37,868 bases of DNA from contig JAFPVN010000164.1 in NCBI GenBank assembly GCA_017395275.1, positions 1 to 37,868 on the forward strand. The letters are read 5' to 3'. The translations under genes were made by a program, and so were the position numbers. Of the stretch, positions 27,497 to 34,239 are shown piece by piece; positions within the stretch are counted from its first letter, which is position 1; each line of letters opens with the position of its first letter. The notes below the pieces were generated by a model that was not told where the DNA came from, did no database searches, and worked only from the letters and a program-made list of their open reading frames with translations. Origin of the DNA: Candidatus Methanomethylophilaceae archaeon. GTDB taxonomy: Archaea > Thermoplasmatota > Thermoplasmata > Methanomassiliicoccales > Methanomethylophilaceae.

Positions 27497-27922
27497 TCAC
27501 CATACCTTTGAACCCAGGAATTTGGCTACTGCTCCCAGGGTTGTGTACTTGCCGGTGATCTTCTTCATCGCCTGCTCCTCGACGGAGACCTCGGAATCGG
27601 CGAACTGCTTGGGGACTCCGACGTAGACGTGGAGTCTCCTGAACGCCTCTCTTCCGGAGGTGTTGTTCCACGGGATCATTCCCCTGACGGACCTCTTGAA
27701 CAGAAGGTCTGCCCTGCGGGGGTAGAAGGGTCCCTTCCTGGACTTGCACTCTCCGCGGTCGAACCTGGCCTTGTAGTCTGCGAAGACCATTTCCTTCTCA
27801 CCGGTGATGACGATGCTCTCGCTGTTGAGGACGACGATCTCCTCGCCGTCCATGATCCTCTCGGCAACGATGCTTGCGAGCCTTCCGAGGACCGCGTTCT
27901 TTCCATCAATGATTGTAACCAT
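27497..27922 (-). CDS. rpl13: 50S ribosomal protein L13 (uL13)
   Basis: ORF 27497..27931 begins with GTG. It was trimmed to ATG 27920-27922 ([17 protein letters not shown]), which is preceded by GAGGTGAT. Confidence 0.9.
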   Translation of the reverse strand: MVTIIDGKNAVLGRLASIVAERIMDGEEIVVLNSESIVITGEKEMVFADYKARFDRGECKSRKGPFYPRRADLLFKRSVRGMIPWNNTSGREAFRRLHVYVGVPKQFADSEVSVEEQAMKKITGKYTTLGAVAKFLGSKVW

Positions 27923-27927
27923 CCGAA

Positions 27928-28293
27928 TCACCTCATAATCCTGACGTTGGAGCCCTTGGGGTTCTCCGCCATGAGGTCCTTGATAGTAAGAACCTTTCCG
28001 CCGGCTGCCTCGATTCCCTCGGCTGCTGCCGCGGAGAAAGCGTATGCTGCGACTGTGATCTTCTTCTCGATGCTGCCTGCCGCAAGGACCTTTCCGGGGA
28101 TGACGATTACATCTCCGTCCTTTGCGTACCTGTCCAGTTTGCTGAGATTGGTCTCGGCCCAGTTCTTCCTGGGCTTCTCGAGCCTCTCAGCAATGTCTCG
28201 CCAGATGGCAGCGCCAGTGTCCCTCTCGGCCGCCTTGAGATCGTTGATCAGGGCGATCAGGGACAGGTCTGTTTTCCTCTGAATGTTCTTCAT
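27928..28293 (-). CDS. rpl18e: 50S ribosomal protein L18e (eL18)
   Basis: 121 aa. The sequence IWRDIAERLEKPRKNWAETNLSKL...VIPGKVLAAG fits L18e. It occupies the conserved position heading the L18e-L13-S9-RpoN block. Confidence 0.9.
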   Translation of the reverse strand: MKNIQRKTDLSLIALINDLKAAERDTGAAIWRDIAERLEKPRKNWAETNLSKLDRYAKDGDVIVIPGKVLAAGSIEKKITVAAYAFSAAAAEGIEAAGGKVLTIKDLMAENPKGSNVRIMR

Positions 28294-28454
28294 AGTACTG
28301 ACTCTCCCGACATTGGGTGTCCCCGCCTAAGTGGAGGTTGTTTATAAAGGTATTGTTCCCCGCTCCCCGAACACACACGGTATATTATCCCTTATAGCGG
28401 ACCGAAGTTAAAAGGCCATAAATAGGGGTGGGTGCATGGGGGTCGGAGACAACC

Positions 28455-29543
28455 ATGATCAGATTCGGACCAGCAGGTATTCCGCTCTCATGCAAGGGAC
28501 GCACGCTCAAGGACGGCATCGAGGACATCCACAACCTCAGCCTGACCGCCATCGAGGTACAGATGGTGCGCCCGAACGTAACCGAGGTCTACCCGGACGA
28601 GGACATCGTCGGAAAGACGATGAGCACCGTCGAGGACGTCATGGCCCTCGAGATCCTCAGGGACGACGAATCCATCACCGACCCCAACGAGCCCATAGAG
28701 GAGGACGACGTGCTCGTCTGCATGTCATCCACCATCGCCAACAACTTCGGCGAGCTCACGACCATCGGGACGATGGCGAAGAGGCTCGACGTGGCGGTCT
28801 CCATGCACACGCCCAACTACATCGACCTCGGTACGAACAGCCCGCTCACCGAGACCTGCATGAACGCCATCAGACACGCCGGTCTCATGGTCAACGCCCT
28901 CCAGGGAGACGTCGTAGTCACCAATCTGGGTCTTTACGACGGCAAGATGTCCGAGGAGGAGATCGACGAGAACATCTTCAACAACCTCGCCGACATAGTC
29001 GACTGGTGGCTGGACACCGGCCTCAAGCCCAAGATCGGTATCGAGGTCACCGGACGCAAGGACGTCTTCGGAAGCCTGGAGCAGATCCTCGACCTCTGCG
29101 ACGCCTTCGACGGCACGGTCATCCCTGTGCTCAACTTCCCCCACTACCACTCACGCACCAACGGATCCCTGGTGGACGTCAGCGACTTCGAGAACGTCAT
29201 CCAGCAGGTCCTGCCCTACAACAACGGCAAGCTCTACGCCCACTTCGCGGGGGTCGAGCACGCCGACGGCAACGAGCTCAGGCTCACCCCCATCAAGAAG
29301 GGCGACCTCAAGTTCGAGCTGCTCGGGGACTGCCTCGCGGAGAGCCGCCCCGAGGCGACCATCATCTCCTCGTCGCCCCTTCTGGAGCACGACGCGATGT
29401 ACATGAGGATCATCTACGAGAGGATGGTCAACAAGAGGGTCGCCAAGAACCTCAGGGCGAGGAAGAAGAAGGAGATCGAGGCCGCCGCAGCTGCAGCCGC
29501 TGCCGCGGAGGCCGCGGAAGAGGAAGATTCCTCCAAAGAGTGA
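28455..29543 (+). CDS. endonuclease IV-like TIM-barrel protein with acidic insertion and low-complexity tail
   Basis: ORF 28428..29543 starts with GTG and was trimmed to ATG 28455. MIRFGPAGIPLSCKGRTLKDGIEDIHNL is the typical archaeal EndoIV-like N-terminus, and SMHTPNYIDL is also present. The C-terminus reads KKKEIEAAAAAAAAAEAAEEEDSSKE. Confidence 0.75.
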   Translation: MIRFGPAGIPLSCKGRTLKDGIEDIHNLSLTAIEVQMVRPNVTEVYPDEDIVGKTMSTVEDVMALEILRDDESITDPNEPIEEDDVLVCMSSTIANNFGELTTIGTMAKRLDVAVSMHTPNYIDLGTNSPLTETCMNAIRHAGLMVNALQGDVVVTNLGLYDGKMSEEEIDENIFNNLADIVDWWLDTGLKPKIGIEVTGRKDVFGSLEQILDLCDAFDGTVIPVLNFPHYHSRTNGSLVDVSDFENVIQQVLPYNNGKLYAHFAGVEHADGNELRLTPIKKGDLKFELLGDCLAESRPEATIISSSPLLEHDAMYMRIIYERMVNKRVAKNLRARKKKEIEAAAAAAAAAEAAEEEDSSKE

Positions 29544-29545
29544 CC

Positions 29546-30091
29546 ATGGACTACAGGGAATCCGTAGGCTCGCTGATGGATGCCGTCCGCAAGGTGGCGG
29601 AGGGCGTACCCCAGAGAGATCTGGACGTTCTCATCGACAGCATCCTTGAAGGCGGGAAGATCTTCATCTACGGTTCGGGAAGGTCCGGTCTGGTCGGACA
29701 GTACTTCTCGGTCAGGTTGGTACAGCTGGGAAGGGACGACGTCCATTTCGTCGGCGACATGACCACCCCCATCATCGGCAAGGGCGACGTGGTGATCCTC
29801 ATATCCAACACCGGGGAGACCATGTCCGCGGTCCAGACCGCCAACATCGCAAGGCGCATGGGCGCGGACGTCATATGCGTCACATCGTCCCGCATGAGCA
29901 AGCTGGCACATGCATCTAACCACGTCATCTCCCTCGACACCAGGGTGGAGCACGACAGGAACATCGCGCCCCTAGGTACCCTGTTCGAGGACGCCGTCGT
30001 CATGATGTTCGACGGCATGATCCCGCTCCTGATGGAACGTCTCGGCGCCACCGAGGACGACATGCGCAAGAGGCATGCCATCTGGGTCTGA
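29546..30091 (+). CDS. hxlB: SIS-domain protein, probable 6-phospho-3-hexuloisomerase
   Basis: ORF 28436..30091 trimmed to ATG 29546 (MDYRESVGSLMDAV...). SIS motifs IFIYGSGRSG and LISNTGET are present. Length is 181 aa. Confidence 0.75.
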   Translation: MDYRESVGSLMDAVRKVAEGVPQRDLDVLIDSILEGGKIFIYGSGRSGLVGQYFSVRLVQLGRDDVHFVGDMTTPIIGKGDVVILISNTGETMSAVQTANIARRMGADVICVTSSRMSKLAHASNHVISLDTRVEHDRNIAPLGTLFEDAVVMMFDGMIPLLMERLGATEDDMRKRHAIWV

Positions 30092-30592
30092 TCACTGCAC
30101 GATGACCATCTGCGCCTTCTCTGGAATCTCGGAATTATCGAATACGGCGAACTCCCCGCGCAGAGGGTCTATGACCACGGCGAATCCCATCCCCCTGCCG
30201 AACACGGAATGCTGGGTGCTCACATCGGTATCGGACATGAAGCATCCGCATCCCAGATGGGAATGGTACCACCCTACGATGTGCTCCCCCTCGGACATCC
30301 CGTCCACGCCGTCGATCAGCTCGGACATGCCCTCGGGATCGAACCTCACACCGTCGGAATCCGCGATCCTGTCGGACGTTATCACGCGTTCCACCACCGC
30401 GTACTCCCCGGAATCATCGCGGTAGGCCCTCCCTATCATCAGGCCCATGGTCTCCGAATCGCGCATGGCATCGTCGTCCGCGGCCTGTATCATGGTCTCC
30501 GCGGCGGATTCGGCGATGAAGAGACTGACCCCTCTGACGGACCTCCTGCGGAATTCAGGTTCCGCATCCTCGGAAGAGATTACCCGGACCAT
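30092..30592 (-). CDS. JAB1/MPN/Mov34 (JAMM) metalloprotease, Rpn11-like
   Basis: 166 aa with an intact JAMM motif: E47 (SETMG) and H110-S-H112-x7-S120-x2-D123 (GWYHSHLGCGCFMSDTD). Its ATG lies 1 nt after the E2 stop. Confidence 0.85.
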   Translation of the reverse strand: MVRVISSEDAEPEFRRRSVRGVSLFIAESAAETMIQAADDDAMRDSETMGLMIGRAYRDDSGEYAVVERVITSDRIADSDGVRFDPEGMSELIDGVDGMSEGEHIVGWYHSHLGCGCFMSDTDVSTQHSVFGRGMGFAVVIDPLRGEFAVFDNSEIPEKAQMVIVQ

Positions 30593-30593
30593 G

Positions 30594-31073
30594 TCAATCC
30601 GACCCGTACTCCACCCTGCCGCGGAACTTCGAATCGTGGTCGGCGAAGAACCTTGCCGCCTCCATGCACGATTCCGTACCGAACGGGCTCATGGGATTGG
30701 GATTGGAGACCAGGAAGCTCAGGCTCTTGAGGAAGGCCGGCAGGCGGGTGTTGAACTCCCATTCGTTCAGCATCTTGGTGCAGACGTAACCCCCATCGGA
30801 GGGGTCCATGATGTTGGGATGGAAGATCTGGGTCTTCCACCTGACCTCCGGTTTCTTGAAGCCGTAGTCCTCGGTCAGCACTATATAGAAATCGTGCTCC
30901 GTGATGATCCTGTCGGCGGTCTCGTGGGCCACCACGTTGCTCATGTGCATGTCGATGCGTATCGGGAACTCGGCCTTCTCGGCATCGAACTCGAACTCGG
31001 AACCGAGGTACTCCTCGCAGTCCTTCAGCTCCCTGCCGATCCTTCTCAGCAGAACCGCCTTGGGGAGCCCCAT
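30594..31073 (-). CDS. ubiquitin-conjugating enzyme E2 (UBC fold)
   Basis: 159 aa, starting at the internal ATG 31071-31073 of ORF 30594..31721. It has an E2-like helix 1 (LLRRIGRELKDC), YGFKKPEVRW, the FHPNI (HPN) motif, Cys98 in GGYVCTKMLNEW, and NPNPMSP. It aligns by eye with UbcH5-type E2s. Confidence 0.85.
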   Translation of the reverse strand: MGLPKAVLLRRIGRELKDCEEYLGSEFEFDAEKAEFPIRIDMHMSNVVAHETADRIITEHDFYIVLTEDYGFKKPEVRWKTQIFHPNIMDPSDGGYVCTKMLNEWEFNTRLPAFLKSLSFLVSNPNPMSPFGTESCMEAARFFADHDSKFRGRVEYGSD

Positions 31074-31315
31074 CGGCACCCGCCTTCCGGATCCGGGATC
31101 AGCTCCAGGACATCCTCGTTGATGAGACCGATCTCCGATGCCGACTCCGAACCGCGCAGCAGCCTCTTCCCCTTCTTGAGGACGTAGGCGCCCTCCTTCA
31201 GCTTCCAGAACTCCGCTGCGGATTCGATGATGTCGCTGACGCTGTCGGACGGTTCGACCTCCACCCTGATGGTGGAGCCGTTCGTCAGGTTCTTCACGGT
31301 TATCTTCAATGACAT
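31046..31315 (-). CDS. ubiquitin-like beta-grasp protein, pro-form (GG plus 10-aa tail)
   Basis: 89 aa. Compare MSLKITVKNLTNGSTIRVEVEPSDSVSDII with ubiquitin [26 protein letters not shown]. Gly78-Gly79 (31079-31084) is followed by CRWGSPRRFC. GGAGGA lies upstream, and the ATG is 3 nt after the E1 stop. Confidence 0.8.
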   Translation of the reverse strand: MSLKITVKNLTNGSTIRVEVEPSDSVSDIIESAAEFWKLKEGAYVLKKGKRLLRGSESASEIGLINEDVLELIPDPEGGCRWGSPRRFC

Positions 31316-31318
31316 TCC

Positions 31319-32113
31319 TTATTCCTCCGTGTGATTGGGACACTGAGGGTCCCTGTCCAAATCCAATGTGAACACCGTTCCGGCGGTGCCGTCGTAATAC
31401 GTCACGCCTTCCACAGTTAAATCCTGTCTGTCCGAGGCTATCTTCATCGTCTCCCTGACCTCCATCGCGGCTATCACGGCCGTGGTGGTTATGTCGGATG
31501 CGGTATGGGGGACGAACACGGACGAGCTGCCAGTGCACGTGAACCTCCTCTCCAGCGCCTTGGCATGGGAACGGTTGGATGCGCACTGGAGGCACGGACC
31601 TCCCGGGAGGACGACCTGGAGCTTGCCCATCATGCCGTCCGTCGCACCGTCCACGTACGGTATCCCGAGACCGCAGGCGGTGGCGTTCAGATGCATCCTG
31701 GCGAGGATGTTGTCCAGGCATCCGACGATGATGTCATAGTTCCAGGACTCCATGTCTTGTATCCTGCCGACGATCGGACGTATCTCCGCATCGGGATCCA
31801 GTTCGGATGCCCTCGATGCGACGATCTCCGACTTCATGCCCGAATGTACGTCAGAATCCCTGAAGAAGAGGCACCTGCTCAGATTGGAGAGGACCACATC
31901 GTCCATGTCGATGACGTCTATGTGCCTGAAACCGGAGAGGACCAGGTCCTTCACGACCTCGTTCCCCAGCGCCCCAGCGCCGGCGACCAGCACCCTGCAT
32001 GAGGCTATCCCGTCCATGTCGACCCATTCGATGCGTCTCTGACGGTCGTGCCTGTCGCGGTCCGATGCGCCCGCGGTTACGGTGTCCATGGAACGGAATC
32101 CCGATATGCGCAT
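31319..32113 (-). CDS. E1-like (ThiF/MoeB/UBA family) adenylyltransferase
   Basis: ORF 31319..32233 trimmed to ATG 32111-32113, which is equidistant from the shared TATA. An alternative ATG lies at 32089. Motifs are VLVAGAGALGNEVVKDL, IDMDDVVLSNLSR, CLDNILARMHLN, GPCLQC and CPNH. Confidence 0.85.
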   Translation of the reverse strand: MRISGFRSMDTVTAGASDRDRHDRQRRIEWVDMDGIASCRVLVAGAGALGNEVVKDLVLSGFRHIDVIDMDDVVLSNLSRCLFFRDSDVHSGMKSEIVASRASELDPDAEIRPIVGRIQDMESWNYDIIVGCLDNILARMHLNATACGLGIPYVDGATDGMMGKLQVVLPGGPCLQCASNRSHAKALERRFTCTGSSSVFVPHTASDITTTAVIAAMEVRETMKIASDRQDLTVEGVTYYDGTAGTVFTLDLDRDPQCPNHTEE

Positions 32114-32134
32114 ATAAGACCCTGCGGTGGCAGG

Positions 32135-32142
32135 ATTATATA
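32135..32142. promoter_or_regulatory. shared TATA-like element between the E1 operon and the divergent Zn-ribbon gene
   Basis: ATTATATA is centred about 25.5 nt from both ATG 32113 (minus) and ATG 32164 (plus), within a 50-nt spacer. Confidence 0.45.
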
Positions 32143-32163
32143 GCGAAAAGCAATCACGAGGGT

Positions 32164-32358
32164 ATGGCCCTGAAACTGCCGGAACACTCCCATTGCGCCT
32201 ACTGCGGGGACCCCATACCGTTCGACAGGGCATACTGCAGCGAGGAATGCCTCGAGAAGCACAAGAGGGAGACGCGCAGGACTAACATCAGGGACATAGC
32301 GTTCTACGTCACCGTCGGAGTGGCCCTCTGCGTGCTCGCGTTCAGGTTCATGTTCTGA
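32164..32358 (+). CDS. small Zn-ribbon protein with C-terminal TM helix (DUF2116-like)
   Basis: ORF 31999..32358 trimmed to ATG 32164 (MALKLPEHSHCAYCGDPIPFDRAYCSEEC...). The Zn ribbon is C-x2-C-x9-C-x3-C, followed by a basic linker and a hydrophobic tail IAFYVTVGVALCVLAF. Length is 64 aa. Confidence 0.65.
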   Translation: MALKLPEHSHCAYCGDPIPFDRAYCSEECLEKHKRETRRTNIRDIAFYVTVGVALCVLAFRFMF

Positions 32359-33145
32359 ATGCCTGGCACATCCTGCGTACATCATGAACGCGGAGGATGT
32401 CCGCGCCCTTCTCCGCAGCCTTCAAGGATGCCGATACCGTGGCCTCGTCGCGGTCCATGCCGGGGTACATGACGGCGAGGAACCTCTTCCTGGAGAGTCC
32501 CGCGAGGACCGGAACGCCGAGATCGAGTTGATCCATGTGCTCCACGAGCTCGATGTTCTGCTCCATGGTCTTCCCGAATCCCACGCCAGGATCGATGATT
32601 ATGTTGTCCCTCCTGACGCCCGATGATATCAAGGACTCGATGCGTTCTGACAGGAAGGCCCTGACGGCGGGGATGACGTGGCCCTCCATGCATTGGTCGT
32701 GCACGGATGCCGGGTCCCCGGGCATGTGCATTATCACCACCGGGACTCCAGTCTCGGCGGCCAACTCCGCCATACCGGGAGCGCGGAGGGCGTTGACGTC
32801 GTTGATGATGTCCGCGCCTGCCGATACCGCTGCCGATGCGGCCTCTGGCTTCATCGTATCCACGGATATAGGGACGTCCGACGATTCCGATAGACGTTCT
32901 ATCACCGGTATGAGACGGCGTATCTCCTCCTCCGCGGGAACGGGGGTGAAGCCGGGACGGGTGGATTCGGCACCGATGTCGATGATCTCAGCACCGTCGT
33001 CGATCATGCGGAAGGCATGCCTGACGGCGGCCTCCGTATCGGTGAAGAGACCGCCGTCGGAGACTGAGTCGGGGGTGACGTTCAGTATCCCCATCACGAA
33101 AGGATGCGGATGCCCGTCCCCCCTCCTGAGGTCCGAACCGCGCAT
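32348..33145 (-). CDS. folP: dihydropteroate synthase
   Basis: This is the C-terminal 265 aa of ORF 32348..34180, starting at ATG 33143-33145, 2 nt after the upstream stop. Motifs are MGILNVTPDSVSDGG, IIDIGAESTRPG, ISVDT, IINDV, DPGVGFGK and LRVHDV. Confidence 0.9.
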   Translation of the reverse strand: MRGSDLRRGDGHPHPFVMGILNVTPDSVSDGGLFTDTEAAVRHAFRMIDDGAEIIDIGAESTRPGFTPVPAEEEIRRLIPVIERLSESSDVPISVDTMKPEAASAAVSAGADIINDVNALRAPGMAELAAETGVPVVIMHMPGDPASVHDQCMEGHVIPAVRAFLSERIESLISSGVRRDNIIIDPGVGFGKTMEQNIELVEHMDQLDLGVPVLAGLSRKRFLAVMYPGMDRDEATVSASLKAAEKGADILRVHDVRRMCQAFRT

Positions 33146-33147
33146 GT

Positions 33148-34239
33148 TCAGAGCAGTTCGTCCACCAGTTCGACCAGGTCGACGATCCTCTTCTCGGAGC
33201 CGTCGAGACCGAACTGCAGGTTGCTGACGCAGAACGGACAGGTCGTGATGATGGTGTCTGCGAACTCCGCCTCGGAGAGACGTGTGGACGCGATCCTCTT
33301 GGAGTCCTCGGGGAATGCGGACCTGACGCCTCCACCGCCTCCGCAGCAGTGCGCGAACTGGCGGTTGAACTCCATCTCCTTGAACTGGAGCTCGGGGATC
33401 TTGGCGATGACCTGTCTCGGGGGCTCGTAGACTCCGCAGTGCCTGCCGAGGTGGCAGGGGTCGTGGTATGTCGCCACACCCTTCATGGGCTTGAGCTTGA
33501 GGTCCTGCTTGGCGAGGAACTCGGTGATGTGGAGGACCTCGAACGGCACGTCGACGTACTTGGGGTACTCCTTCTTGAACATCCTGTAGCAGCCGGCGCA
33601 CGAGAGTACCAGCGTCTCGATCCCCAGGGACTTGATGGCCTCGACGTTCTTCTTCATCATCTCGGTCACGTCCTTCTGGGGCCATCCGACCCTCTGCATG
33701 ACGGAACCGCAGCAGATCTCGTCGACGGTGGTGAAGTCCACCCCGAGCTTCTTCAGCACGGAGAGAGATGCGGCGGAGGTCTTCTTGCTCCTGTAGGTGG
33801 CGGTGCATCCTGCGAAGTATCCGACCTTGGCCTTCCTGGGCTTGATGCCGAGGGTGTCCACGACGGACTTCTCCTCGGCGTAGGGGTTGTTGTACTTCAG
33901 GATGTTCTCGACCATCTTCTTGTGTTTGGGGAGCATGTGGCCGTTCGCCACGAGGTCCGCGCGGCAGAGCTCGACGATGTCGACGATCTTGACCTTGGAG
34001 GGGCAGCGCCTCTCGCAGTCCGCACAGGTGGTGCATGTGTACACGTTGTTGATGACCGACTCGTCGGCGGGTATCTCGCCGTTGAGCAGGCCGTAGGTCA
34101 GGACGATGCGTCCCCTCGAGAGGGCGGAGTCCCATCCGATCGCTTTGAACGAGGGGCAGACGCTCTTGCAGAAACCGCACATGGTGCAGACGTTGACCGC
34201 GTTCCTTACTTCTTCCAGACTGTCAGTTTTGAATGTCAT
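33148..34239 (-). CDS. HdrD/GlpC/GlcF-like iron-sulfur oxidoreductase (2x[4Fe-4S] + two CCG domains)
   Basis: 363 aa. Ferredoxin motifs CTMCGFCKSVCP and CTTCADCERRCP are present. The CCG-type cysteine motifs are GCTATY...EICCGS and DPCHLGR...HCCGGGGG. Its ATG directly abuts the upstream stop (TAAATG). Confidence 0.85.
   Translation of the reverse strand: MTFKTDSLEEVRNAVNVCTMCGFCKSVCPSFKAIGWDSALSRGRIVLTYGLLNGEIPADESVINNVYTCTTCADCERRCPSKVKIVDIVELCRADLVANGHMLPKHKKMVENILKYNNPYAEEKSVVDTLGIKPRKAKVGYFAGCTATYRSKKTSAASLSVLKKLGVDFTTVDEICCGSVMQRVGWPQKDVTEMMKKNVEAIKSLGIETLVLSCAGCYRMFKKEYPKYVDVPFEVLHITEFLAKQDLKLKPMKGVATYHDPCHLGRHCGVYEPPRQVIAKIPELQFKEMEFNRQFAHCCGGGGGVRSAFPEDSKRIASTRLSEAEFADTIITTCPFCVSNLQFGLDGSEKRIVDLVELVDELL

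Noticed and set aside
31074-31721. N-terminal 216 codons of the 375-aa ORF 30594..31721.
   Set aside because: This part is Arg/Gly/His-rich nonsense that overlaps the Ubl and E1 genes in another frame. The E2-like sequence begins only at the internal ATG 31073, so just the last 159 aa are called.
30092-32113. Alternative reading of the E1/Ubl genes as an ordinary MoeB-MoaD or ThiF-ThiS sulfur-carrier pair, or as SAMP/UbaA sampylation.
   Set aside because: Those systems have no UBC-fold E2. The adjacent ORF has the HPN motif, the catalytic-position Cys and the PNP motif in E2 order. The Ubl resembles ubiquitin itself (EVEPSD) and needs C-terminal trimming. No molybdopterin or thiazole genes are adjacent. 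The alternative is kept only as the refutation test.
33146-34180. N-terminal 345 codons of the 610-aa ORF 32348..34180. The same applies to the long leaders of ORFs 3087, 4475, 12497, 13226, 14737, 16594, 27093-27749 and 28436.
   Set aside because: The upstream portions are Arg-rich, out of frame relative to well-supported neighbouring genes, and lack motifs. Each gene was trimmed to the internal ATG where recognisable family sequence starts.
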